Positions 37,283 to 46,080 are shown, counted from the stretch's first letter. The stretch: DNA of 64,000 nucleotides from an uncultured Gemmatimonadales bacterium (GCA_963779755.1 CAVZZO010000003.1:1-64000); one strand, 5' to 3'. The notes: generated by a model from the letters alone, not told the origin. A program made the numbers and translations.

Positions 37283-38562
37283 GGGGCCGCCTCCCATGCG
37301 TCTCCGCGGTCCGCAGACTGAACCTTCGGCAGGGTTGAACCCTGCCCGGCTGCTGAATCCGGTTCGGGTCTCCCCTTTACACTTTCAGTGTAAAGGGGAG
37401 TTGAACCCTGAACCTTGGGATTCCACGGTTCACCTGAACCCTCGCTGAACCTTGGCCGAACGCTTGAACCTTCGGGGCTCGGGAGGGCGGCGGCGATGCC
37501 CGGGCCGGTGATCCGATAGGGGCCGGCGCCGGTCCGGCCGGAGCCATCGGACCCGACGTAGCCAAGGTCCAGGAGCCGGCGCCGTGCCTTGCTCAGGCTG
37601 CCTTTGCTGATTTCGGCGACCTCGGCCCACCGGCTCCAGGTCAGGGCCTCGTCGTTGTGGCGATACAGCGCGGCGAGGGCGGCCCGTTCGCTCGGCGTAA
37701 GGTTCGTGGGATCCGGGACGGTCCAGTCGCCCGGAGGCCGGACCAGGGTAAGCCGGGCCGAGTGCCACGTCCCCCCGGCGGCGTCGATCTCGTACCGGAT
37801 CTCACGCGGGGCCGGGCGCTCGGCCCGGGATAGCTTCTCCGTCGTGAGCCACAGCGCCCCATCTCGCGTCTCGGTGGTGAAGACCCCGCGTGCGGCCGCT
37901 GCCCAGGCGGACGCGCCCCGCACCTGGTCGAGTCGGCCGCGTCCGTCTTTCGGCTTTCCGAAGTGGGCACAGGTGAGCGTGGCGCAGCCTAGAGCCGTCA
38001 ACTGCCGCCAGAACTGCACCACCGGACGCGCCTCGGTGTTGGAATCCTCGTTCCCGCCCAGCATTTCCGCTAGCGGATCAAAAACGCACAGGCGAGCCCC
38101 CAGACGCTGGATTTCCGCGCGCAGGTGGAGCTGCCACCGCAGATCGTCGAGCCGGCACCCCGCCAGGGCCAACAGGTGTAGCCGGCTGAGGACGCGCTCG
38201 CGCTCCCATCCGTGGCCCTGAATGAGTGCCGCCACCCGGTTCTGGATGACCGATTGCCCGTCTTCTTCACTCACGATGAGGACCGGGGCCGCCGCGGCAA
38301 CGGCGAAACCGTCCAGTACGGCATAGCCGCCGGCGAGCGCTGCCGCGGTCGCGAGCGCAAGGGTGGTCTTGTACCCCCCGGTCGGGCCCGAGAGCACGGT
38401 CGGTTCATCGGCCAAGAGGAAACCATCCACCAGCCATGCGATGGGCTCGGGGTCCCCGGCGTTCAGCAAACACACCGAGGCCGGGAGCGCGCCGGAGTCC
38501 TCTCCATTGGCCGATGTGCGCTCGACAAGGAACTCCGCGGCCAGAAGGTCGGCGCCCGTCAT
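37279..38562 (-). CDS. RepA/AAA_25-type replicative helicase with C-terminal wHTH
   Basis: WLVDGFL, Walker A GPTGGYKT, SEED, Walker B VFDP, ED.N, H..K, RGASAW; C-terminal ISKGSLSKARRRLLDLGYV. Confidence 0.85.
   Translation of the reverse strand: MTGADLLAAEFLVERTSANGEDSGALPASVCLLNAGDPEPIAWLVDGFLLADEPTVLSGPTGGYKTTLALATAAALAGGYAVLDGFAVAAAAPVLIVSEEDGQSVIQNRVAALIQGHGWERERVLSRLHLLALAGCRLDDLRWQLHLRAEIQRLGARLCVFDPLAEMLGGNEDSNTEARPVVQFWRQLTALGCATLTCAHFGKPKDGRGRLDQVRGASAWAAAARGVFTTETRDGALWLTTEKLSRAERPAPREIRYEIDAAGGTWHSARLTLVRPPGDWTVPDPTNLTPSERAALAALYRHNDEALTWSRWAEVAEISKGSLSKARRRLLDLGYVGSDGSGRTGAGPYRITGPGIAAALPSPEGSSVRPRFSEGSGEPWNPKVQGSTPLYTESVKGRPEPDSAAGQGSTLPKVQSADRGDAWEAAP
37319..37470. repeat. Iteron cluster + 14-bp inverted repeat (putative replication origin)
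   Basis: Seven direct TGAACC and one inverted copy; CTCCCCTTTACACT-ttc-AGTGTAAAGGGGAG at 37370-37400. Confidence 0.75.
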
Positions 38563-38957
38563 GCGTCCCGCTCCTGAATAGCACGCCAGGTCGTGTCGGC
38601 CCGGCGCGAGTTCCATTCCCGGGCCGGGATCCGGACCAGCCGACGCGCGAGGTTTGCCAGGTCCGGGGCGGTGGTGGCCTGCTGCAGGATCTGTTCGGCC
38701 ACCTGCACCCGGCGCTCGTGTTCGCTGAATCCCTCCAGCTGCTCCCAGGAACCCGCCGCGAGGTTGGGAAGTCGAGAGTACTCACCTTCGAGCAGCGCGG
38801 CGGACCAGCAGGCGAGCCACCAGAGCCGATCGCGCTTCCCCGGCGCGGTACGCTCCCGAGCATGCCACCGGGCGAGAATGGCCCGCGCGAGGTGCGCAGG
38901 AGCCTCCTGCTTCTTCCCCGTCCGTGGCCGGTGGCGTGTCGCGATTTGTGGAGGCAT
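38559..38957 (-). CDS. Hypothetical protein
   Basis: 132-aa ORF with ATGA overlap to the helicase start. Confidence 0.55.
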   Translation of the reverse strand: MPPQIATRHRPRTGKKQEAPAHLARAILARWHARERTAPGKRDRLWWLACWSAALLEGEYSRLPNLAAGSWEQLEGFSEHERRVQVAEQILQQATTAPDLANLARRLVRIPAREWNSRRADTTWRAIQERDA

Positions 38958-38966
38958 CGCCGGGGC

Positions 38967-39326
38967 TCAGCCGCGCCCGCCGGCCGCATCCGCGTCGGCG
39001 AGCTTGTGTAGGGCACTGACGTGAATGACGAGCTGCCCGAGGAATTCAACCGGCAGCAGCCAGCCGCCGCCGGTCGGGCGGAAGGCGTCGGAGGAAAACT
39101 CCTGGGGCGACTTCCGCCACAATCGCGCATCGAGAGCCCGCTGCTCCGGAAACCTCGGGTTGGGTATGATGACCAGCCGAAGCTCAAGATCCTCGGTCAG
39201 CGCGATGCGCTTGCGAAGGCCCGGCTCCAGCGGCGAGTAGAACTCCCGCAGCAGCTCACGCGCTTCGCGGTCGCCCGCTGACCCCTGGCCCGCCCCCCGG
39301 GCGGCTCGGTCCTGCCGGGCGGTCAT
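38967..39326 (-). CDS. PC4/YdbC-like ssDNA-binding protein (putative)
   Basis: LDARLW...FRPTGGGWLLPVEFL resembles the PC4 D.R.W...PT.KG..L motif; ATGA-coupled to the Xis-like gene. Confidence 0.5.
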   Translation of the reverse strand: MTARQDRAARGAGQGSAGDREARELLREFYSPLEPGLRKRIALTEDLELRLVIIPNPRFPEQRALDARLWRKSPQEFSSDAFRPTGGGWLLPVEFLGQLVIHVSALHKLADADAAGGRG

Positions 39327-39514
39327 GAGGCCGGAGCTCCTTCCCGCTCTCGCTCTACTCGCCGCAATGACGCGAGGGCCACCGTCCACCGCCCCTCCCG
39401 CCGCTCGCCCTCCAGTCGACCCGTGAGCACCCACCGATGCGCGGTGTGATACGGCACGCGCAATCGGGCTGCTGCTTCCACCAGCGTCACCGTTTCCGTC
39501 ATTCCAGTTTCCAT
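39323..39514 (-). CDS. Excisionase-like HTH protein
   Basis: TLVEAAARLRVPYHTAHRWVLTGRLEG.R..GRW.V; divergent from the repressor. Confidence 0.75.
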   Translation of the reverse strand: METGMTETVTLVEAAARLRVPYHTAHRWVLTGRLEGERREGRWTVALASLRRVEREREGAPAS

Positions 39515-39532
39515 CTTGCGCCCCCAGGAGAG

Positions 39533-39552
39533 TCCTTGTAGTGTTACAAGGA
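39533..39552. promoter_or_regulatory. Putative repressor operator in the divergent switch region
   Basis: Perfect inverted repeat TCCTTGTA-gtgt-TACAAGGA. Confidence 0.65.
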
Positions 39553-39612
39553 ACAAACAACAACTTAGGCCCTCACCCGGGCGGGCAAAAGACCCCGGAG
39601 CACAGACTCGTA

Positions 39613-40311
39613 ATGGCAACAAGGAAACGGCGGACGAGGTACGGACGGGAGCGCGTCCCGGTTGTGGCGGACCGGCTCAATGCCGCGATCCGTTTACGGG
39701 GGCTCAGCGTCAACGGGCTGGCGAAGGCGGCCGGGATTCAGCAAGCTACGGTCGACCTCGTTGTGCGCGGCGTCTCCCGCAAGACTCAAGAGGACCGGCT
39801 CGCCCGGATTGCGGACGTGCTCCAGGTTCCCTTTGAATGGCTCACCGGGGAGTGGCGGTTGCTTCCCCATGCGTTCTACCCCAAGGACGTTGTTGACGGG
39901 CAGAAAGAGCCGACACTGCCCTCGCTGGAACAACTGGTCGAGCACGACTTCAATAGCCGCTGTGCCGGAGCGGTCGCGCGAGACTGGCCAAAGGATGACC
40001 AGGCTTGGTTGCTCGAAGCAGTCCTCCAAACGCTGATTGCCCCTGGTAGCTGGCGCCACCTGTTAGTCAGATCCCGTCCAAACCCGACTCCGCGTGTTCG
40101 CCGACGACCCTCCGCAGAGGAAGTCAGTCGCCTGAATCAGGAGGCTGCAGAGCGAGAACGCCAAGCAATGATGTGCCTGTCGAAGGCGTTCCAGATCATC
40201 CTCGGCCCATGGCTCAAGGGGGATGCCGCGTTGGACGTGCGGGCTCTTCAACGTCTCAAAAATCGTCAGACTTCGCCGAGCCGAACACCAGAACCAAAGG
40301 AGCAACGATGA
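39613..40311 (+). CDS. XRE/CI-like repressor (N-terminal HTH, non-peptidase C-terminal domain)
   Basis: RLNAAIRLRGLSVNGLAKAAGIQQATV...LARIADVLQVPFEWLTGE. Confidence 0.85.
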   Translation: MATRKRRTRYGRERVPVVADRLNAAIRLRGLSVNGLAKAAGIQQATVDLVVRGVSRKTQEDRLARIADVLQVPFEWLTGEWRLLPHAFYPKDVVDGQKEPTLPSLEQLVEHDFNSRCAGAVARDWPKDDQAWLLEAVLQTLIAPGSWRHLLVRSRPNPTPRVRRRPSAEEVSRLNQEAAERERQAMMCLSKAFQIILGPWLKGDAALDVRALQRLKNRQTSPSRTPEPKEQR

Positions 40312-41597
40312 AACGCAAAGGTCGCATCTACTGGCGCGTCCGGGGCGGCGAGCGGCGGGCCTATGCGGACTTCCGCGACTTCGCGGACGTGGGCGGAGGA
40401 CGAGAAGCACTGCGGCCGGCGGGGGCCGCGCTCGCCACCAACGACCCCGCGGTCGCCCGCGTGCTGGCGGATCGGCGCCTTGCCGAGCTCCAGGCCCTCC
40501 GCCGTCAGCGCGCCGTCCTGGGGGAGGGGCGCGCCTCGGCCACCCTGGGGGCCTACGCCAGCCGTCACCTCGTCCTCAAGAAGGAGTCCGCACGGTTCAC
40601 GGACGGCACGATTGCCGCCGCCGAGCACTACCTCGAGCGCGCGGTCGCCTACTTCGGCGCCTCGCGCGCCCTCATGAGTCTCACCGTGGCGGACGTGCAG
40701 GGGTGGATTGAACACCTCAAGCGGTCGCACCCGGGGCGGGGCAGAGGCAAGCGCAACCTCTCCGGCGGGACGCTGCGCCACCACATCAACGCTCTCTCCA
40801 ACCTCTACGAGCGGGCGAAATCCGAAAACCTCGTGGTCGGCTCCTACAACCCGGTCGCCAATATCCTCCGGGGCGAGAAGCCGACGGGACGGCGAGCGGA
40901 AGCCCGCTGGCTCGAAGTCCACGAGACGGCGCTCTTACTGGAAGCGGCCCGGCGGGTCGATCCCCGGCGCCCGGAGACGTGCCGCTGCCTGCACGTGCTG
41001 CTCGCCACCATGGCGCTCACCGGCGGGCGGAAGTCGGAAGTTCTCGGCCTCACGGGAGACGACGTGAGCCTCGAGCGCAAGACGGTGACGTTCCGCCCCA
41101 ATGACTGGCGCCGCCTCAAGACGGCCACGAGCTGGCGCACGGTGCCGCTCTGGGCCCAACTCGAAGCCATCCTCGGCCCCTATCTGGTGCCGGTGGACCG
41201 GACGCCCCGCACCGGCCTTCTGTTTCCCACGATCGACCGGAACGGGCGCACCGTCCCGCTCGTGGATTTCCGGAAGGCGTTGGATACCGTGGCCGTTGCC
41301 GCCGGCTGGAAGGCGGGTGAGATTACCACCAAGATGCTCCGCCATACCTACTGCGCTGCGCGGATTCAGACGCTGGATCGCGGGGCCCCGGTGAGCCTCT
41401 ACACCGTCGCCAAGGAGATGGGGCATGGCGGGGATGCGCTGGTGAAACGCATCTACGGCCACCTGGGGCAGGTGCGCCACCGGGCCGAGGTGGTCGAGTA
41501 CCGGATCGAGCAGCACCTCCCGGCCCTCCGGGAGCGGATGGAAGGGCTGCCGTGGTGCCAACCGTTCTTGACACCACGAGACGCCGAAGTCGTGTAA
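40308..41597 (+). CDS. int: Tyrosine recombinase/integrase
   Basis: AAAGGAG RBS; TGGRKSE, RLKT, KMLRHTY, MGH, IYGH catalytic set; stop 5 bp before the att core. Confidence 0.95.
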   Translation: MKRKGRIYWRVRGGERRAYADFRDFADVGGGREALRPAGAALATNDPAVARVLADRRLAELQALRRQRAVLGEGRASATLGAYASRHLVLKKESARFTDGTIAAAEHYLERAVAYFGASRALMSLTVADVQGWIEHLKRSHPGRGRGKRNLSGGTLRHHINALSNLYERAKSENLVVGSYNPVANILRGEKPTGRRAEARWLEVHETALLLEAARRVDPRRPETCRCLHVLLATMALTGGRKSEVLGLTGDDVSLERKTVTFRPNDWRRLKTATSWRTVPLWAQLEAILGPYLVPVDRTPRTGLLFPTIDRNGRTVPLVDFRKALDTVAVAAGWKAGEITTKMLRHTYCAARIQTLDRGAPVSLYTVAKEMGHGGDALVKRIYGHLGQVRHRAEVVEYRIEQHLPALRERMEGLPWCQPFLTPRDAEVV

Positions 41598-41606
41598 GTT
41601 GTTCCC

Positions 41607-41680
41607 GCGCCCGTAGCTCAGTTGGATAGAGCATCGGCCTTCTAAGCCGAGGGTCGCAGGTTCGAATCCTGCCGGGCGCA
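41607..41680 (+). tRNA. tRNA-Arg (TCT), intact copy overlapping the right att site
   Basis: GCGCCCG/CGGGCGC acceptor stem; TCGGC-CTTCTAA-GCCGA anticodon arm; GGTTCGAATCC. Confidence 0.96.
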
Positions 41681-41930
41681 TCCGCCGTTTCCCCCTCCCT
41701 GAATCCAATCCAGGATGGTCGCATCAGCCCGCCAGCGCGTGCAGGATACGTCACACTGACCAGAAAATCCTGTTGTTTTTAATACAGCTGCACGGCCCGG
41801 GCGCTCCCGTGCGACCTTCCCGGCGTGAATCTCATCCAGATTGTAGGGGTCATTCCTGTCTGGTATCGGCGTAACCCCGGCATCATCGTTGAATGTCGTT
41901 TTTGGGACTGTTCAAACCGGAGGAACTCCG

Positions 41931-42272
41931 ATGTGCCAGCAGTGCCGCGGCGCCGTGGAGGAATCGCTCATCGAGGCCAGCCGCGATCCCCATCTGATCG
42001 CCCTGGTCCTGGCCGGGCATACGGAAGCCAAGTGGTTTCGCGAGCATCTGCGGCTTGCCATCCTCGAACTGCGGACCGAAGAACGCACCCCCGCCGACCT
42101 GGCTGCCCGGCTGGCGGAGCTGGGCAAGGAATGTCCCGCCGTCAGCGGTCATTGCGGAAAACTCCTGCAGCAGGCAGGCACCATGGCCGAGCAGTGGTGC
42201 AGTGAAGCACTGCCCTCCCTGCGGCCCGAGCGGGGTCCCGCCCCCTATCCCGGCCGGGCCCGGGCCCGCTGA
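41931..42272 (+). CDS. Hypothetical protein with N-terminal CxxC
   Basis: GGAGGA RBS; MCQQC... Confidence 0.65.
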   Translation: MCQQCRGAVEESLIEASRDPHLIALVLAGHTEAKWFREHLRLAILELRTEERTPADLAARLAELGKECPAVSGHCGKLLQQAGTMAEQWCSEALPSLRPERGPAPYPGRARAR

Positions 42273-42423
42273 GCCCGGGACAGTTCGTCTCCCGGGCGCA
42301 GGATTGTCCCGGGCATCCTGTCCTCCCCCGGCGCGCTGCGCCCGTTTCCCCAGGTAATCCCGCCCGATGCCGCGGCGGGATTCTTGCATTTTTGCCTCGG
42401 GACCCTATCAGGAAGAATGCGGC

Positions 42424-42642
42424 ATGTTGGAGAATATCGGATTCAGCGAGCTGCTGATGATCGGGGTGGTGGTGATGCTGCTCTTCGGCGCCCGCCGCCT
42501 TCCCGAGATCGGGCAGTCACTGGGGCAGGGGATCCGCGAGTTCAAGCGCAGCCTCTCGGGGGTCGACGATCCCCCGGCCCAGCCGCCGGGCCCATTGCCC
42601 CCGCCTGTGGAGTCCGAGCCTCGGCGGCTGGGTCAGGCCTAA
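42424..42642 (+). CDS. tatA: Twin-arginine translocase TatA/TatE
   Basis: IGFSELL...LLFGARRLPEIGQSLGQGIREFK. Confidence 0.93.
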   Translation: MLENIGFSELLMIGVVVMLLFGARRLPEIGQSLGQGIREFKRSLSGVDDPPAQPPGPLPPPVESEPRRLGQA

Positions 42643-44180
42643 TCGGCCATCATGGGAGCCTCGGTCGTGACGGCTCTCCGGCTCAGGAACAAGGCCAGCG
42701 GTACCGCCAGGACGAAGAGAATCGCCACCAGGGCAAACACGTGGTTGTAGGCCAGAATCGCCGCCTGCCGCATGAGCTTGAGGTCCAGCAGTTCCAGCGC
42801 GCGATGCCGGGCGGCGTTGAGGTCGGCCAGGGTGCGCGACATTCCGCCGGTGGCGCCCCGCAGGAAGCGCCGCACCACCGGCCGTGACAGAGTAAGATGC
42901 GTGTCCAGCACCGCCCGGTAGCGCGACGTCCCCACCGTGAGCTGCGTCGCCGCAATGGCAATGCCCACGCTGCCGAAGACTTGCCGCACCACGTTATAGA
43001 GGCCCGTGGCCGCCGTCATCTTCGGCTTGGGGATGTTGGCCAGCGCCGCAGTGCTGAGCGCCACGAAAATGAGGCTGAAGCCCACTCCCTGCCACACCTG
43101 CGGCCAGAAGATGTCCCAGAACCCCACGTCGGTGGTGAGATGGGCCAGCTCCCAGAATGAAAAGGCGCTCACCATTAGCCCCACCGCCACCAGCAGTCGC
43201 GGCCCCAGCCGGTTGTAGAACCGGCCGCTGATCGGCATGATCACCGCCATGGCCAGGCTGCGGGGCATGAGCGCCAGCCCGGAGAGAAACGCCGTGTAGC
43301 CCAGCAGATTCTGCAGCAGCAGCGGCAGCAGAAAGAGCGTGCCGTAGAGGCCCATGCCCAGTACGCCGCCCAGCGAGGTGGCCGAGGTGAAGGAGCCGTC
43401 CTTCAGAATGCGCAGGTCCACCGCTGGTCGTCGAACCCGCAGTTCCCGCCAGACGAAAAGGGCCATGCCCACCGCCGCCAGAATGGCGAGCCGCACAATG
43501 AACCCCGACGAAAACCAGTCCTCGCGCTCGCCCTGCTCCAGCATGAGCTGCAGCGAGCCCAGCCCCAGGGCCATGAACCCCAGGCCCAGCCAGTCGATCA
43601 TGCCGGTATCGCGCTCGAGATAGTGCGGATCCTCGATGAACCGGCTGACCAGCGCCAGGTTCAGCAGCCCGATCGGGACATTGATGAAGAAGATCCAGGG
43701 CCAACTGTAGTGGTCGGTGAGCCAGCCGCCCAGGGTGGGGCCGAACGCGGGCGCCAGCACCACGCCCATGCCGTAGATCCCCATGGCCATGCCCTGTTCC
43801 TCGGCTGGGAAGGTCTCCCGCAGAATTGCCTGAGGGACGGTGATGAGCACGCCGCCGCCGATCCCCTGCAGCACCCGGAAGACGATCATCAGTTCCAGGG
43901 AGCGGGCCAGGCCGCAGGCCATCGAGGCGAGGGTGAAGGCCAGGACGCTCAGCATGAACAGCCGCTTCCGGCCGATCCGTCCTGCCACCAGCGCCACCAG
44001 GGGCATGGTGATGACGTTGGCCAGGAGGTATCCGCTCACCACCCAGGTGATCTGCTCGACACTGGCGCCCAGCGTTCCCTGCATATCGGGCAGGGCGACG
44101 TTCACGATGCTGGAGTCCAGGACTGCCATCACCGTGCCGGTGAGGACCGTGCCGGTCACCACCCATTTGTTCGTCTGCAT
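42639..44180 (-). CDS. DHA2 (EmrB/QacA) MFS efflux permease
   Basis: LDSSIVNVALP, RVLQGIGGG, GPTLGGWLT..YSWPWIFFINVPIG. Confidence 0.93.
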   Translation of the reverse strand: MQTNKWVVTGTVLTGTVMAVLDSSIVNVALPDMQGTLGASVEQITWVVSGYLLANVITMPLVALVAGRIGRKRLFMLSVLAFTLASMACGLARSLELMIVFRVLQGIGGGVLITVPQAILRETFPAEEQGMAMGIYGMGVVLAPAFGPTLGGWLTDHYSWPWIFFINVPIGLLNLALVSRFIEDPHYLERDTGMIDWLGLGFMALGLGSLQLMLEQGEREDWFSSGFIVRLAILAAVGMALFVWRELRVRRPAVDLRILKDGSFTSATSLGGVLGMGLYGTLFLLPLLLQNLLGYTAFLSGLALMPRSLAMAVIMPISGRFYNRLGPRLLVAVGLMVSAFSFWELAHLTTDVGFWDIFWPQVWQGVGFSLIFVALSTAALANIPKPKMTAATGLYNVVRQVFGSVGIAIAATQLTVGTSRYRAVLDTHLTLSRPVVRRFLRGATGGMSRTLADLNAARHRALELLDLKLMRQAAILAYNHVFALVAILFVLAVPLALFLSRRAVTTEAPMMAD

Positions 44181-44282
44181 AGCGCTCCCGCGCTGGGACT
44201 GGTGCCGGCCGCGGAAGGCGTATAGCCTTGGGGCAGGCCAACAACGCTCATCGCAATCGACTCTCGACCCGGGCAATCGTCA

Positions 44283-44648
44283 ATGCCGGATTCCAGCGAC
44301 AAGTCGCGCGCTGTTGCCCTGATCCTCGCCATCCTGGTAGGGGTGTTCGGGGTCCATCGCTTCTATGCGGGCAAGGTGGGCACCGGTATCCTCATGTTGC
44401 TGACCCTGGGCGGCCTGGGGATCTGGTACATCTACGATATCGTCCTCATCGCCTCGGGCGCATTTCGCGATGCCGACGGCAAGCGCCTCATCGCCTGGGA
44501 ACCGGGCGAGGCCGAAATGCGGCTCGAAGCCCCCGCGGAACTACTGGAGGAACTGGAAGCCCTCCGGGCCGAGGTCGCCGAGCTGGCCGAACGCGTGGAC
44601 TTCACTGAACGGTTGCTGACCAAGTCGCCGGAGGACCAGCAACCGTAG
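44283..44648 (+). CDS. TM2-domain membrane protein with C-terminal coiled coil
   Basis: KSR.VAL.L....GVFGVHRFY.GK.GTG; ELAERVDFTERLL. Confidence 0.85.
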   Translation: MPDSSDKSRAVALILAILVGVFGVHRFYAGKVGTGILMLLTLGGLGIWYIYDIVLIASGAFRDADGKRLIAWEPGEAEMRLEAPAELLEELEALRAEVAELAERVDFTERLLTKSPEDQQP

Positions 44649-44715
44649 GGGCGGTAGAGTCGGGAAGGGCGGGAGTCACCCGCGACCGACCTGACCGCCC
44701 TGACCGCCTTTCGCC

Positions 44716-46080
44716 CTGACAGCCCCTACCGCCATTCCAGCCCCATCCCCGTTCCGGGCGCTCCTCCGCCTCGCCGCGCCCATCGTCCTGGTGCAAGTCG
44801 GCATGATGTTCATGGGCGTGGTGGATACGCTCATGGTAGGGCGGGTCTCGCCCGCCGCACTCGCCGCCGTGGCGCTGGGGAACGTCTATTTCTTCGGCCC
44901 CAGCATTTTTGTCCTCGGCGTGCTCATGGCGCTGGATCCCGTGATGGCCCAGGCGGTCGGCGCGGGAGATGAACCCGCCATCCGTCGAGGCCTGCAGCGG
45001 GGGCTGCTGCTGGCCGCGCTGCTCACGGTTCCCGTCTGCCTGCTCTTTCTGTTCGCGGGACCCTTCATGCGGGCGTTGGGCCAGCCGGCGCCGGTGGTCC
45101 CGCTGGTGCATGGTTATGTGCTGCGGCTCATCCCCGGCATGCTGCCGTTCTTCGTGTTCGGCGTGTTGCGCCAGAGCCTGCAGGCCATGGGCCGCATGCG
45201 GGCCATCGTGCTCAGCATCCTGGCCGCCAATCTCGCCAATGTGGTCTGCAACTGGGCCTTCATTTTCGGCCACCTGGGATTCCCCGCCATGGGCGTGGCC
45301 GGCTCCGCCTGGTCCACCAGCATCAACCGCTGGCTCATGGCCGCTCTGTTGCTGGGGCTCGGCGGCTATCATCTCCGGCAGTATCTGCGTTCGCTGGATC
45401 CCCTGCTGTTCCGGCTCGCTCCCCTGGGCCGGATGGCGCGGCTCGGCGCGCCCATCGGCGCGCAGATGCTGCTGGAATACGGTGCCTTCGCCGCCATTGC
45501 CCTCCTCATGGGCCGGCTGGGCACCATCGAGGTTGCTGGGCACCAGGTGGCCCTCAACCTGGCCAGCGCGACCTTCATGGTGCCGCTGGGGATGGGACAG
45601 GCCGTGGCGGTGCTGGTGGGCCATGCCATCGGCCGGGGGGATCCGGCGGCGGCGCGCCGGGCCGCCCGCACCGCGCTGCTGGCCGGTACCGGCTTTATGG
45701 CCCTCACCGCCGCCGCATTCCTCCTGTTCCCGGCATTCTTCGCTCGCCTGTATACCGATGAAGGGGCGGTGGTCGCGATGGCGGCCTCGCTCATTCCCAT
45801 TGCGGGGCTGTTTCAGGTATTCGACGGCCTGCAGGCGGTGGCCGCGGGCGTGCTGCGCGGAGCAGGGGATACCCGCGTGCCCATGCTGATCAACGTGCTC
45901 GGCTTCTGGCTGCTGGGGATTCCGGTGAGCGTGTTCCTTGGCTTCCGCCTGGGCCTCGGACCGGTCGGACTCTGGTGGGGCTTCGTCGTGGGTCTGGGGG
46001 CGGTCGCCATGTTGCTGCTGCTCCGCACCCGGGTGCATCTGGGACGGGCGCTGGAACGGGTGTGGATCGACAGGCACTAG
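44716..46080 (+). CDS. MATE family efflux transporter (NorM-like; start uncertain)
   Basis: LLRLAAPIVL, VDTLMVGR, GFPAMGVAG, FQVFDGLQ...GVLRGAGDT. Confidence 0.92.
   Translation: MTAPTAIPAPSPFRALLRLAAPIVLVQVGMMFMGVVDTLMVGRVSPAALAAVALGNVYFFGPSIFVLGVLMALDPVMAQAVGAGDEPAIRRGLQRGLLLAALLTVPVCLLFLFAGPFMRALGQPAPVVPLVHGYVLRLIPGMLPFFVFGVLRQSLQAMGRMRAIVLSILAANLANVVCNWAFIFGHLGFPAMGVAGSAWSTSINRWLMAALLLGLGGYHLRQYLRSLDPLLFRLAPLGRMARLGAPIGAQMLLEYGAFAAIALLMGRLGTIEVAGHQVALNLASATFMVPLGMGQAVAVLVGHAIGRGDPAAARRAARTALLAGTGFMALTAAAFLLFPAFFARLYTDEGAVVAMAASLIPIAGLFQVFDGLQAVAAGVLRGAGDTRVPMLINVLGFWLLGIPVSVFLGFRLGLGPVGLWWGFVVGLGAVAMLLLLRTRVHLGRALERVWIDRH

Larger units (their letters stand above)
31803..41646. mobile_element. 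~9.8 kb integrated phage-satellite-like (PICI-like) element in tRNA-Arg(TCT)
   Basis: Perfect att repeats, tyrosine integrase, divergent repressor/Xis, helicase, capsid-protease and tape-measure-like genes. Confidence 0.9.

Noticed and set aside
41568..41600. Canonical sigma70 promoter for the intact tRNA (TTGACA...TAAGTT)
   Set aside because: Spacing is 21 bp, and the TTGACA is better explained as part of the arm-type repeat
31803..41646. Complete prophage or standard capsid-forming PICI
   Set aside because: Only ~9.8 kb, with no terminase, portal, head-tail, tail-tube or lysis genes recognised
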